DNA of 32,000 nt from Raphidiopsis brookii D9 (GCA_000175855.1 ACYB01000010.1:1-32000), one strand, 5' to 3'; shown: positions 18,574 to 28,998, numbered from the stretch's first letter. The notes: generated from the letters alone by a model not told the origin. A program made the numbers and translations.

Positions 18574-19677
18574 ATGAAATTTCGCTTTGCCATAGTTAGC
18601 GATTTGCACATTGCTCTACCCCACACAATATGGGATCATCCCGATCGGTTCCACCTAGTGGAAGTAAGTATCCCCGCTTTGGAAAGCGTCCTTGAACATC
18701 TCACCCAACTAGATTTGGATTTTCTTTTACTCCCAGGAGACCTCACCCAACACGGTGAACCAGAAAATCACGCTTGGTTGACCAACAGACTATCACAGCT
18801 ACCATTTCCTAGCTATGTTGTCCCCGGTAATCATGATGTGCCCGTATTGTTAACCAATCACCAGTCTATTGGTTTTATAGAGTTTCCCTATTATTACCAT
18901 AAGTTTGGCTATGATCACCCAGACCATTGCTATTATAACCGTCAAATATTGCCAGGTGTGAGACTAATTGGCTTAAACTCTAACACCTTTGACCACCATG
19001 GTAAACAGATAGGAGTTTTAGACCCGAAACAATTTCAATGGTTAGAGTCAGAATTGGCAAAGATAAAGGATGAATTAGTCTTGGTCATGATTCATCACAA
19101 TGTTGTTGAGCATTTACCAAATCAGGCAACCCATCCCATGGCTAATCGTTACATGTTAGAAAACGCTCGAGAGCTGGTAGACCTGTTGGGTAGACACGGG
19201 GTTAAACTAGTGTTTACAGGACACCTACATGTGCAGGATGTAGCCCAGTTCAATGGAGTTTATGATATTACTACCGGTTCCCTTGTTAGTTATCCCCATC
19301 CCTATAGGGTATTAGAATATGAACGGGACTATCTAGGGAGAGAATGGTTACAAATATTGTCCTATCGAGTCCAATCAGTACCCCAATTCCCCAATTTACA
19401 ACAATCATCCAGACAATGGATGGGCGATCGCTCCTTTCCCTTTGTGATCAAACTACTAACCCTACCTCCCTTGAATTTACCCTTAAATCAAGCCCAAAAG
19501 TTAGCTCCTGACCTACGAGAATTTTGGGCGACCATAGCGGACGGGGATGGAATCTTGGAGTATCCCACCTTTCCCCTAGAAGTTCGGTCTTACATTGCAA
19601 AATATGGAGCCATTAGTCACAATGGTGTTCCCACTTATATTGATAATAACACTCGTCTTTTGCTTAATGACCAATAA
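18574..19677 (+). CDS. Calcineurin-like metallophosphoesterase (CpdA/Icc-like)
   Basis: IVSDLHIA, LLLPGDLTQHGE, VVPGNHD, VMIHHNVVEH, LVFTGHLHVQD. Confidence 0.9.
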   Translation: MKFRFAIVSDLHIALPHTIWDHPDRFHLVEVSIPALESVLEHLTQLDLDFLLLPGDLTQHGEPENHAWLTNRLSQLPFPSYVVPGNHDVPVLLTNHQSIGFIEFPYYYHKFGYDHPDHCYYNRQILPGVRLIGLNSNTFDHHGKQIGVLDPKQFQWLESELAKIKDELVLVMIHHNVVEHLPNQATHPMANRYMLENARELVDLLGRHGVKLVFTGHLHVQDVAQFNGVYDITTGSLVSYPHPYRVLEYERDYLGREWLQILSYRVQSVPQFPNLQQSSRQWMGDRSFPFVIKLLTLPPLNLPLNQAQKLAPDLREFWATIADGDGILEYPTFPLEVRSYIAKYGAISHNGVPTYIDNNTRLLLNDQ

Positions 19678-19686
19678 CCCAAATTT

Positions 19687-21225
19687 TTACTCTGCTCCTT
19701 CTATGGGAGCAAAACCCTGACGTTGAATGTTCTCGGTTATGGTTCTTGGTTCTAAAAACTGTAATAAATAATCAGGACCACCTGCTTTGGAACCCACACC
19801 AGAAAGTTTAAACCCACCAAATGGTTGACGAGCTACAATCGCACCCGTAATATTCCTATTAATATACAAATTTCCCACTTCTAATTCCCTCTTTGCTTGT
19901 TCAATATGGGAAGGTGTGCGGGAATAAATACCCCCTGTTAAAGCATAGTTGGTTGAATTGGCAATTTCTACCGCTTGGTGAAAATCTGGCGCAGGAATTA
20001 CTGCTAAAACCGGACCAAATATCTCCTGCTGAGCGATCGCTCCCTGGGGAGGAACCTCAGCAAAAATTACGGGTCCAACAAAATACCCTTGAGATGGAGA
20101 TTCCAACTGCAAAACCAATTTGGCTTCTTTTTTGCCCATCTCTATATATTCTAAAATCCGGTTTTTAGCTTGACTATCAATCACTGGACCAACCTGGGTA
20201 CTAGGTAGCTCCGCTGCACCAATATTTAAGGACTTGGTTGCCTCAATTAATCTACTTAAAAACGTTTCATAGATAGGTTGCAATACAATTACCCTAGAAC
20301 AGGCGGAACACTTTTGACCACTATAACCAAAAGCGGAATGCACCACCCCTACCACCGCTTGGTCCAGATCCGCACTTTCATCTACAATGATGGCATTCTT
20401 ACCTCCCATTTCGGCAATTACCTTTTTAAGATGTTTTTGTCCTGGTTTAACAATGGCAGCTTCTGCATAAATTCTACATCCTACTTCCTGGGATCCCGTA
20501 AAAGCAATTACATGGGTTTGGGGATGATTAACCAGGTAGGCGCCCACTTGAGATCCCTTTCCGGGCACATATTGAAACACACCTTTGGGAATTCCCGCTT
20601 CTAGGAGGATTTGTGTAAACTTGGCGGTAATCACAGAAGAGGTTTCTGCTGGTTTGAGCAGAGTGCAATTTCCTGCAACCAGAGCAGCAACCGTCATACC
20701 ACAAGCGATCGCTAGGGGAAAGTTCCAGGGGGAGATGACCACAGCAATTCCCTTAGGTTGGTAAATATAACGGTTGGTTTCTCCAGCGACATCATACACC
20801 ACTCCCCCATCCAGACGTTCCATTTCCTGGGCGTAATAACGACAAAAATCTATAGCCTCGGAAACTTCTGCATCAGCTTCTTTAACAGGTTTGCCAACTT
20901 CTAATACAATCCATGCTGCCAATTCAGCTCGTCTGATTTCCATTAAGTTGGCTGCGCGACGCAAAATATCAGCTCGTTGTGGCACAGGTGTTTTTTGCCA
21001 ATGGGGAAAAGCAGCTCGAGCAGCTTGCATTGCTTCCTCAGCTTGTTCCACACTAATCAAGCCAATTTTGCCCACTACCTGACTAAAATCGGAAGGATTT
21101 AAGGAATCGATAATAGTTGGTGTATTAACATATTCTCCATTAATTAGGGTAAATAGGTTTCCCCAATTGTTGACGCACCTGCTCAAAAGCCAATCGGGAA
21201 TCTTCTCGTTTTTGCTCCTCAGCAT
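19687..21225 (-). CDS. putA: L-glutamate gamma-semialdehyde (P5C) dehydrogenase module of PutA
   Basis: VISPWNFPLAIACGMTVAALVAGN, VIAFTGSQEVG, EMGGKNAIIVDESAD, FGYSGQKCSACSR. The first ~20 residues are probably out-of-frame PRODH tail sequence. Confidence 0.9.
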   Translation of the reverse strand: MLRSKNEKIPDWLLSRCVNNWGNLFTLINGEYVNTPTIIDSLNPSDFSQVVGKIGLISVEQAEEAMQAARAAFPHWQKTPVPQRADILRRAANLMEIRRAELAAWIVLEVGKPVKEADAEVSEAIDFCRYYAQEMERLDGGVVYDVAGETNRYIYQPKGIAVVISPWNFPLAIACGMTVAALVAGNCTLLKPAETSSVITAKFTQILLEAGIPKGVFQYVPGKGSQVGAYLVNHPQTHVIAFTGSQEVGCRIYAEAAIVKPGQKHLKKVIAEMGGKNAIIVDESADLDQAVVGVVHSAFGYSGQKCSACSRVIVLQPIYETFLSRLIEATKSLNIGAAELPSTQVGPVIDSQAKNRILEYIEMGKKEAKLVLQLESPSQGYFVGPVIFAEVPPQGAIAQQEIFGPVLAVIPAPDFHQAVEIANSTNYALTGGIYSRTPSHIEQAKRELEVGNLYINRNITGAIVARQPFGGFKLSGVGSKAGGPDYLLQFLEPRTITENIQRQGFAPIEGAE

Positions 21226-22657
21226 AATCTATATCCGCAGCACCTCTAAAATCTTGTGTTGGGTTTTCTGGACTGGGGGTTTCTTCCACTATGGGAGGAG
21301 CTAACAATTCAGCAACCGGACGATTTTCCAAATTTTGCCTTAAAAAGGAACTATTAGCTGTATTCTCCAATAGTCTGCGAATTAGATAGGCCATCCCCGG
21401 TAATAAATCACCGTAGGGACAATAGACTCGCACTCTATACCCTTTATCTACTAATGCTTTAGCAATTTTGTCACCCATGCCATACAAAACTTGCATTTCA
21501 AAGCAGCGTCGTGGAACTTTGAGAGTTTCTGCAATGGCTATGGCACGAGCTTGGGATCTAACATTGTGACTACCTAGAGCGGAATAAACGTATTGATGAT
21601 TTTCTAAAAGAAGCTGAGTTATGGCTTCAAAGTTAGCATCCGTAGCTACTTTATCATTGTAAACTGGTTGGTGCCAATGTTTTTGGGCAGCCTTAATAGT
21701 TTCCTGATCCCAATAGGCGCCTTTTACCAATCTAATGGTTAAGGGATAACCTCGTTGTTTCAACCAGTCAATTACCCCTTGTACATCTTCCTTACTATCA
21801 CGTAAATAGGCTTGAATAGTTATGCCAATATCCGTACGTTGACGAAATTCCTCTTCTAATAATAGCTTTTTCAAAATTTTCAAAGTTATATCTTTATAGG
21901 CATACTGCTCCATATCAAAATGTACTGCTGCTCCCAATTCCCGGGATCGACGTAGCAAAATCCGAATCCGCTCGCTCACCTTTGCTTCACTCCCTTCAGC
22001 ATTTAAAGGATCAAACTGGGAATAGAAAGCAGTTAATTTCACTGAAACCTGTACTTTGGGAATTATTTCTCCATCAGCTTCGTCAATAATAGGTACGTGG
22101 TGCCATTTTTTTGATGCTTCCACTAACTGCTGCATCAATTCTAAATATTTTTCTAAATAAGACTGCGCCTCTACTTCTGTAATGACTGCTTCCCCAAGTA
22201 AATCAATAGTGAAAGCCATTTTTTCTTTTCTGAGTTTTTCCACGGTTTTAATTACCTGTTGGATATTCTCTCCAGAAATATATTTATGTGCCAGAGTTTG
22301 CACTGCTGTTTCCACAGTGGTAGCAGCTACCTGACCTGGCATGGAATCGGGGTAAGCAAAATTTAACAAACTTTTTAATGCTGGTGGTAATTCCACTGAA
22401 TCATCACCCAAATACTCCTGTAAATGGGAGGCAATTTCCACCTTACTATGGAGTGCAGGTAAAGTGTCTATAAAACGAAACAACTGCACCCGCAACCCAG
22501 GATTATCCATAGTCCACCCCAACAGCTTGTCATCCCATCGCATTTGATCCCGTAAAGCAGCAAAAAAGGAACGACCTTCCTGGGTGTGAGTGAGAATCTG
22601 CTGGGCAATTTCTTGGGTTTTAACTTCGTAATTACTGTTTTGTGTTTTTAATGCCAT
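21140..22657 (-). CDS. putA: Proline dehydrogenase module of PutA
   Basis: 505 aa; DLLGEAVITEVEA, VKLTAFYSQFDP, TLRLVKGAYWDQE, GSHNVRSQARAIA, YGMGDKIAKALVDKGYRVRVYCPYG. Confidence 0.9.
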   Translation of the reverse strand: MALKTQNSNYEVKTQEIAQQILTHTQEGRSFFAALRDQMRWDDKLLGWTMDNPGLRVQLFRFIDTLPALHSKVEIASHLQEYLGDDSVELPPALKSLLNFAYPDSMPGQVAATTVETAVQTLAHKYISGENIQQVIKTVEKLRKEKMAFTIDLLGEAVITEVEAQSYLEKYLELMQQLVEASKKWHHVPIIDEADGEIIPKVQVSVKLTAFYSQFDPLNAEGSEAKVSERIRILLRRSRELGAAVHFDMEQYAYKDITLKILKKLLLEEEFRQRTDIGITIQAYLRDSKEDVQGVIDWLKQRGYPLTIRLVKGAYWDQETIKAAQKHWHQPVYNDKVATDANFEAITQLLLENHQYVYSALGSHNVRSQARAIAIAETLKVPRRCFEMQVLYGMGDKIAKALVDKGYRVRVYCPYGDLLPGMAYLIRRLLENTANSSFLRQNLENRPVAELLAPPIVEETPSPENPTQDFRGAADIDYAEEQKREDSRLAFEQVRQQLGKPIYPN

Positions 22658-22753
22658 AAAATAAAATATTACTGAAATTACTACTTAATAATCTAAGAAA
22701 GGCGATCGCCAACCATCTTATACTGTAAAATACTGTAATCTAAAAATCCCCCA

Positions 22754-22960
22754 ATGAACAGTCAACAACTAGCTAGATATTTAGAACTAACAGATAGTAT
22801 TGCCAAACCGTGGTTATTAGTGCAACTCAGGTTAAAAAAACTACAGGAGCGTCGGCATGAGATATCTACGGAAGTTTATATAGAAGAACTGGCAGATATT
22901 CACCAGGATATGATGAATTTAGGAGAATGGTGGAAAGGAATAGAGGATGAGGTGTTCTAG
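22754..22960 (+). CDS. Small hypothetical protein (68 aa)
   Basis: Compact, charged ORF MNSQQLARYLELTDSIAKPWLLVQLRLKKLQERR...; a typical small protein with no overlapping alternative. Confidence 0.55.
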   Translation: MNSQQLARYLELTDSIAKPWLLVQLRLKKLQERRHEISTEVYIEELADIHQDMMNLGEWWKGIEDEVF

Positions 22961-23020
22961 GGATTTTAGTGATTTGATGGTAATGATGGATAGAAAAAAC
23001 AGAAGGTTAACATTACAGTC

Positions 23021-24052
23021 ATGGATTATCGGGATGCGGGTGTGGATGTGGAAGCGGGTAGAGCTTTTGTGGGACAAATTCGCAATTTAGTTCACAGTAC
23101 CTTTAGACCAGAAGTTTTGGGCGGTTTGGGCGGTTTTAGTGGATGTTTCCAACTACCCACAGGTTATCACGAACCTGTATTGGTGTCTGGTACGGATGGT
23201 GTGGGCACAAAGCTAAAAATTGCCCAAATTCTCAATTGTCACCACACTGTGGGTATTGATTTGGTGGCTATGTGTGTTAATGATGTACTTACCTCGGGAG
23301 CAGAACCACTATTTTTTCTAGATTATGTCGCTACTGGTAAACTAGAAGGAGAGCAGTTAACTCAGGTGGTGTCAGGAATAGCTCAAGGTTGTAAATTAGC
23401 TGGTGCTGCTCTATTGGGGGGAGAAACAGCTGAAATGCCAGGTTTCTACCAGGTAGGTGAATATGACCTAGCTGGTTTCTGTGTGGGAATTGTGGAAAAA
23501 AGCAAAATGTTAGATGGTTCCCAGGTGCAAATTGGCGATCTGGTCATGGGTCTAGCTAGTTCTGGTATTCATAGTAATGGTCTGAGTTTAGTCCGGAAGA
23601 TTATTAGTGATGGTGGTTTTGCTTGGGACCATACTCCAGAGTTGTTCCATGGCAAAACCCTAGGTTCTACTTTTCTCACCCCTACTCGCATTTATGTTAA
23701 GTCTGTTTTATCAGCTCTGCACCAGGGTCTGGAAATCCACGGTATGGCCCACATTACTGGTGGGGGTTTACCAGAAAATTTGCCCAGGTGCTTAGGATCT
23801 AATCAATCTGTGAAAGTTCATCCAGCTAGTTGGCCAATCCCCCCCGTATTTAAATGGTTGGCTGATTTTGGCTCTGTGGGTGCAGAAGCTATGTACAATA
23901 CTTTTAACATGGGTTTGGGTTTTGTGTTGATTTTACCTCCCACACAAGCACAACAAGCAATTACTCATTTCCAATCTCAGCATATTCCCGCTTTTACTAT
24001 TGGTGAGGTTGTGGGGGGATCGGGTGAATTAATTGCTCTTTTTGATTCTTAG
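23021..24052 (+). CDS. purM: Phosphoribosylformylglycinamidine cyclo-ligase
   Basis: [82 protein letters not shown]. Confidence 0.97.
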   Translation: MDYRDAGVDVEAGRAFVGQIRNLVHSTFRPEVLGGLGGFSGCFQLPTGYHEPVLVSGTDGVGTKLKIAQILNCHHTVGIDLVAMCVNDVLTSGAEPLFFLDYVATGKLEGEQLTQVVSGIAQGCKLAGAALLGGETAEMPGFYQVGEYDLAGFCVGIVEKSKMLDGSQVQIGDLVMGLASSGIHSNGLSLVRKIISDGGFAWDHTPELFHGKTLGSTFLTPTRIYVKSVLSALHQGLEIHGMAHITGGGLPENLPRCLGSNQSVKVHPASWPIPPVFKWLADFGSVGAEAMYNTFNMGLGFVLILPPTQAQQAITHFQSQHIPAFTIGEVVGGSGELIALFDS

Positions 24053-24702
24053 CTATCTACAGGTTGTTGACCATAGTAGGGTAGGGAATCAGACCAGTGA
24101 CCATTCTTACCTTGTTGCCAATCTAAATAAGCTAGGTTTAATATACTGGTTACTGTTACTGCTAAATTTGATGTGGCTCTAATTAGTTTATATTCAACCG
24201 GATAATCATTGGGCAACCCATTTAGGGTTTCTTCCCATTCTTCTAAGGTGAACACCTGGTCTGCTAATAGAGCTTTTATCCCGGAGTTGTTAACATTAAT
24301 CTGATAAATCGCTCCAAATACTTTCCCCTGCTGTGCTGGCATTTCTACAGCAATAGTGGCTGGCAAATGAGTATCTTGGCTCTTTTCGTGCCATGCCACT
24401 GCTGCTAAGGTGGATATAGCTAAAACCGGAATGTTCAGTTGCTGACCTAGGGTCCGTGCTATAACCACACCAATGCGAGTACCGGTAAACCCTCCAGGTC
24501 CTTTAGCTACTGCAATTAACTGTAGATCTGGCCAGCTTTGGGGTAGGATAAAATCCACTAGACATTGGTGAATATGACTGGATACATCACGTCCCAAATT
24601 CCATACCTGGGAGCGTGTGTCATCCACAAAGTTACTCATTACCAAACCTAATTCCGGTGTAGTAGTGTGTATTCCTAAAGCGTATTTTTGCTGATTGTTC
24701 AA
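24049..24702 (-). CDS. tsaB: tRNA threonylcarbamoyladenosine biosynthesis protein TsaB
   Basis: [51 protein letters not shown]. Confidence 0.9.
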   Translation of the reverse strand: MNNQQKYALGIHTTTPELGLVMSNFVDDTRSQVWNLGRDVSSHIHQCLVDFILPQSWPDLQLIAVAKGPGGFTGTRIGVVIARTLGQQLNIPVLAISTLAAVAWHEKSQDTHLPATIAVEMPAQQGKVFGAIYQINVNNSGIKALLADQVFTLEEWEETLNGLPNDYPVEYKLIRATSNLAVTVTSILNLAYLDWQQGKNGHWSDSLPYYGQQPVDS

Positions 24703-24752
24703 GATCTTCTATTCACAGTAAATTGGAAAATTTAGAATAATATGCACCAACC

Positions 24753-25007
24753 TTAGGTAGGTACTAACTCACCCGGACGTAATGATGCCCATTTACCCAT
24801 TTCTGGTTTAAAACTTAGACAACCCACCACATCCCATTCCATTTCAATAATTTCTCCTTTAGTACGAATATTAACATTTATGGTAGGTTCCTGGGCATTA
24901 AAATCGGGATTTTCGTTTAAGTGTGGTTGTTGGTGTTGAGTTTCTACCGCATTGTAGGTAACACAACGGTCTACGTAGTGACAGTTAACGCAAATACACA
25001 TGACCAA
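24753..25007 (-). CDS. ycf34: Ycf34 family protein
   Basis: MCICVNCHYVDRCVTYNAVETQHQQPHL with conserved Cys residues and the MEWDVVGCLSF C-terminus. Confidence 0.85.
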   Translation of the reverse strand: MVMCICVNCHYVDRCVTYNAVETQHQQPHLNENPDFNAQEPTINVNIRTKGEIIEMEWDVVGCLSFKPEMGKWASLRPGELVPT

Positions 25008-25113
25008 CTCCTACTCTCAGGATTAGATATATAGCTATATCAGCTATATCATATAGTTTTAGCAGATGGAATGGCAATATAGACTAATTTGCCGCTCATA
25101 CTTTTTTGGATAA

Positions 25114-26388
25114 ATGATGAATGATTCAATTGCTGCTCGCTTAGATCCCAAAAATTGGCCGTTTAGCTTGGGGATGCTACCTCAACCAGCTTATATGGTA
25201 GGTGGTGCAGTGCGGGATGGCATTTTGGGTAGAAGTCAAGACTATTTGGATTTAGACTTTATCATACCAGACAATGCGGTAAAAGTTGCTCGGGCGATCG
25301 CCCAACATTATGGAGCTGGGTTTGTGTTGTTAGATAGTAAGAGAAATATAGCCCGGGTGGTATTTCCCCAGGGGACAGTAGATTTTGCCCAACAGGATGG
25401 AGAGAGTTTACTGACTGATTTACACCGGAGAGACTTTACCATTAACGCGATCGCCTATAATCCCTATACTCAAGAACTGATGGATCCTCTGGGTGGTTGT
25501 AAAGACATAGAAAGTGGTCTATTGCGGATGATATCTCCTCAAAATCTCCAAGATGACCCTTTGCGTTTAATGCGTGCTTATCGTCAAGCTGCCCAATTAA
25601 ACTTTGTTATTGAACCTCATACCCAACTAACTATTCGTAGATTGGCTACAAATCTTTGTCAAGTCGCTTCCGAAAGAATTAGAACAGAAGTTGGTTATCT
25701 TTTGCAAAATGCTGTAGGTACATTTTGGCTAAAAACCGCTTGGGAGGATGGGTTATTAGGTCAGTTTTTTATTTATGCAACCAGAGAAAGTGTAGATAAA
25801 CTAATTGCAGTGGATCCAGCGATTCAAGCAATAGGGGAGAATTGGTCACAACTGGGGGAGAAGCTAGAAAAACCCATTCGGGATTCTATGAAAACCAGAT
25901 GGTTGGATATTGCTAAACTGGGGTGTTTAGTGAATCCTGCTCCTGAGATAGCAGAACGGGAGCTGGGGGAAATGACATACAGTCGAGTGGAGATTCGTAG
26001 TGTGATTACCGCCCTACGACTATTCCCGCAGATGAAACAAGCAAGTAGCATGTCCCTGCGAGAACAGTATTATTGGTTTAGGGAGGTAGGGGTTGTGTTT
26101 AGCTCTACAATCGTTCTAGCTTTAGTACAAGATATCTTCAACACCAAGTTCCAGAAGCACAGTTTAGAGTTGTATAGACCCCTGGTTCAACGTTATTTGA
26201 ACCCTGATGATTTGGTGGCCCACCCATCACCGTTGGTGACTGGTAAGGAAGTGATTGTAGCACTAAATATTCCACCTTCACCACTGGTGGGAGACATTTT
26301 GCAGGAAATTGCCATTGCTCAAGCTGAGGGTAAGGTAAATAATTCCCAGGGAGCACTAGCACTAGCTAGAAAACTAATAGAAAATTGA
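25114..26388 (+). CDS. cca: CCA tRNA nucleotidyltransferase / poly(A) polymerase family
   Basis: AYMVGGAVRDGILGR, DYLDLDFII, RRDFTINAIAYNPYTQELMDPLGG, EDPLRLMRAYRQAAQL-type motif (here DDPLRLMRAYRQAAQL). Confidence 0.92.
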   Translation: MMNDSIAARLDPKNWPFSLGMLPQPAYMVGGAVRDGILGRSQDYLDLDFIIPDNAVKVARAIAQHYGAGFVLLDSKRNIARVVFPQGTVDFAQQDGESLLTDLHRRDFTINAIAYNPYTQELMDPLGGCKDIESGLLRMISPQNLQDDPLRLMRAYRQAAQLNFVIEPHTQLTIRRLATNLCQVASERIRTEVGYLLQNAVGTFWLKTAWEDGLLGQFFIYATRESVDKLIAVDPAIQAIGENWSQLGEKLEKPIRDSMKTRWLDIAKLGCLVNPAPEIAERELGEMTYSRVEIRSVITALRLFPQMKQASSMSLREQYYWFREVGVVFSSTIVLALVQDIFNTKFQKHSLELYRPLVQRYLNPDDLVAHPSPLVTGKEVIVALNIPPSPLVGDILQEIAIAQAEGKVNNSQGALALARKLIEN

Positions 26389-26394
26389 TAAGGA

Positions 26395-26856
26395 TTATAG
26401 AGCATATTTGGGAGACTTGGCTAATCCTTCGGCAACATTTTTAAACCGAACTAACTGGGACCGCATATCCGACTGGGTCCAGGATGCAGCAAAAGTGTTA
26501 AATCCCCAACTGATAATGGGATTGGGTATTTTAAATTCAAAGGAATTAATCAATAATGTACCTTGACTTAGAGGTTGGCATTCCCAGCGATCGCTCCCTT
26601 GGAAGAAACCCTTAAAACCCCAGACAATAAGTCCTGGTTGTCTTTCAATGACCACCACATTGAGAGTGGGTTTAATTCCTGGGATTTGAATCATAAAACG
26701 ACTGCGACTGCCAATTTCTGTAGTCCAAATCTCCAGTGGTTCACAGCGAAGCAGAGGATTTAACCATTGGTGCATTAAATTCAAATCGGTTAAACATTGT
26801 TCTACTAATGTAGCAGGAGCATTAATTTGAATTGATTGTTGTAAAAGTTGGGTCAT
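26395..26856 (-). CDS. SRPBCC (START-like) family protein
   Basis: IQINAPATLVEQCLTDLNLMHQWLNPLLRCEP...GSRSRFMIQIPG layout. Confidence 0.7.
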   Translation of the reverse strand: MTQLLQQSIQINAPATLVEQCLTDLNLMHQWLNPLLRCEPLEIWTTEIGSRSRFMIQIPGIKPTLNVVVIERQPGLIVWGFKGFFQGSDRWECQPLSQGTLLINSFEFKIPNPIISWGFNTFAASWTQSDMRSQLVRFKNVAEGLAKSPKYAL

Positions 26857-26883
26857 TTTTAAAAATATAGCTTGTACCAGAAT

Positions 26884-28203
26884 TTAGGTTGGTGAGCTGT
26901 GTGATTCCTGGGGATGGTTCGCATACCAATGGTGTAAGGCCAAGCGTTGGATTTCACGCCAAGGGAGATGATGCTGTCTAGCTAGATCGGCACAGTCCTC
27001 ATATTCAGGTTGCACATTAGTAATAACCTTTTGTGAAGTTTTACCTTGCCAAGCTACCTTCACAGCAACTTGACCATAGGGAGTTTGCACCGTTTGCATA
27101 TCTCTTTGTAAAACATGGCGTTGTTGGGTAGTATAACGAATACCCAAAGTGGTAGTTTCCCTAAATATTACCTCCTGACAACCGGTCAAATTTTCCGGAT
27201 GACAAATTGCAGTTAATAAAATTCCTGGCCGTGATTTTTTCATACCTATAGATTGGGTAAACACGTCCACCGCACCAGCAGTAAACAAAGCTTCAAAAAC
27301 ATAACCTATAGCTTGGGGACTCAAATCATCTATTTGGGTCTCCAAAACACAAATTGTCTCTTCCCCTTCCCCGGGGTGAGGATGAGCATCATTCACTTGT
27401 AACTTATGAATATGTAAATGATCTGGGGAAGTTTCACCTAGCCAAATGCGTAGTATATTAGGAATGGGTAAATCCAAAGAACCAGCACCCAATCCCACCT
27501 GCTTGAGCACCATCGGTGGGGGTGAACCAAAACCCCTCCCCAAAGTAGTGGCGATCGCTGCTCCTGTCGGTGTAACTAGTTCTCGATCAATACCATTACT
27601 ATATACGGGACAATTGGTCATTTCCCATAACTTTAACACTGCGGGTACGGGGACTGGCATTCTACCATGAGCAGCTCTGACCGTTCCCCCCCCCGTAGGA
27701 AAGGCTGAACAATAGACTAAGGGTAGCCCAGTTTGATCACTGTCTATTCCTAGCCAATCTAAGCTCAAACAGGTTCCCACAATATCTACAATCGCATCAA
27801 CGGCACCAACTTCATGAAAGTGAACTTTTTCAGGTCCAATGCCATGTACTGCGCCTTCTGCTACTGCTAATTGGCGGAATACAGCTAAACTCCAGTCAGC
27901 TGCTCTTGTGGGTAGATTAGCTGCGAGGATCATCTTTTCTATTTCTGGTAGATGACGACCATGGTGATGATGGTAATTATGATCGTGATCAGGATGGTGA
28001 CTGGTTAGGTTAACATGGATTTTAGTAGCTTGTTGAGTTTGACGATGAACTAACTCGCTTTCCAATTCATATTCCTGGTCAATCCCCAAACCCCCAAGTT
28101 TTTCCAGTAAGTAGTTGACAGGAACACCCAAACTTACGAAAGCGCCCAAACACATATCACCAGATATTCCCGTAGGACATTGAAAATAGGCAATTTTACT
28201 CAT
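26884..28203 (-). CDS. larC: Nickel pincer cofactor biosynthesis protein LarC
   Basis: AYFQCPTGISGDMCLGAFVSLG, HFHEVGAVDAIVDIVG, PVPVPAVLKL, LVTPTGAAIATTLG, LETQIDDLSPQAIGYVFE. Confidence 0.92.
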   Translation of the reverse strand: MSKIAYFQCPTGISGDMCLGAFVSLGVPVNYLLEKLGGLGIDQEYELESELVHRQTQQATKIHVNLTSHHPDHDHNYHHHHGRHLPEIEKMILAANLPTRAADWSLAVFRQLAVAEGAVHGIGPEKVHFHEVGAVDAIVDIVGTCLSLDWLGIDSDQTGLPLVYCSAFPTGGGTVRAAHGRMPVPVPAVLKLWEMTNCPVYSNGIDRELVTPTGAAIATTLGRGFGSPPPMVLKQVGLGAGSLDLPIPNILRIWLGETSPDHLHIHKLQVNDAHPHPGEGEETICVLETQIDDLSPQAIGYVFEALFTAGAVDVFTQSIGMKKSRPGILLTAICHPENLTGCQEVIFRETTTLGIRYTTQQRHVLQRDMQTVQTPYGQVAVKVAWQGKTSQKVITNVQPEYEDCADLARQHHLPWREIQRLALHHWYANHPQESHSSPT

Positions 28204-28338
28204 AAAATGGTAATAATGATTAATCGTTTTTTGTGTTTCTGTTTAAACTGTAAGTTAAATTCTGAGGAGTTATAGGTAGCAATGATGTTTAAGTTGGAAA
28301 TTAATCTTTCACCCATTTATTTAGCTTATGGTTAGCTT

Positions 28339-28998
28339 ATGGCTAGAATTTTGGAAATTCATCCTGATAACCCACAAAATCGTCGGATAGAGGATATAAG
28401 GTTGGCACTTTCTGGTGGTGCTGTTATGCTTTATCCTACCGATACGGTTTATGCCATCGGTTGCGATTTAAATGCCAAGTCAGCTGTAGAAAGAGTTAAG
28501 AAAATTAAACGGTTGGCCAATGATAAACCATTAACCTTCCTATGTCCTTCTCTTTCTCGCGTAGCCACTTATGCCTTTGTCAGTGATATGGCTTATCGGA
28601 TTATGAAATCCTTGATACCAGGCCCCTACACTTTTTTGTTGCCTGCTACCAAGTTAGTACCGCGTCTGGTACAAAATCCTAAGCGTAAAACCACGGGGAT
28701 TCGAGTACCAAATCACCACCTGTGTTTGGCTTTACTAGAATCTTTGGGGAATCCCATTATCTCTACTTCGGCACATTTACCTCGCCATGACATGGATGAC
28801 CTAAATGTAGATGTAGATACTGACATGCTCCCATCCAAGATGGACCTCTTTAACCGTTTAGGTAGCTTGGTAGATATTATTATAGACACGGGTGAAGAGC
28901 CTAAGAATCAGGTATCTACTATTTTAGACTTGACGGATAATCAACCTATCATAACAAGAAAGGGAATGGGTTGGGAAGCAGTAGCAGCTTGGATATAA
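28339..28998 (+). CDS. Sua5/YciO/YrdC family protein (threonylcarbamoyl-AMP synthase-like)
   Basis: GGAVMLYPTDTVYAIGCDLNAKSAVERVKKIKR, PGPYTFLLPAT, TTGIRVPNH, GNPIISTSAH. Confidence 0.88.
   Translation: MARILEIHPDNPQNRRIEDIRLALSGGAVMLYPTDTVYAIGCDLNAKSAVERVKKIKRLANDKPLTFLCPSLSRVATYAFVSDMAYRIMKSLIPGPYTFLLPATKLVPRLVQNPKRKTTGIRVPNHHLCLALLESLGNPIISTSAHLPRHDMDDLNVDVDTDMLPSKMDLFNRLGSLVDIIIDTGEEPKNQVSTILDLTDNQPIITRKGMGWEAVAAWI

Noticed and set aside
21140-22657. PRODH and P5CDH as a genuine two-gene overlapping operon
   Set aside because: Not fully excluded, but the first 20 residues of the downstream ORF look like out-of-frame sequence of the upstream tail, so a frameshifted single putA is more likely.
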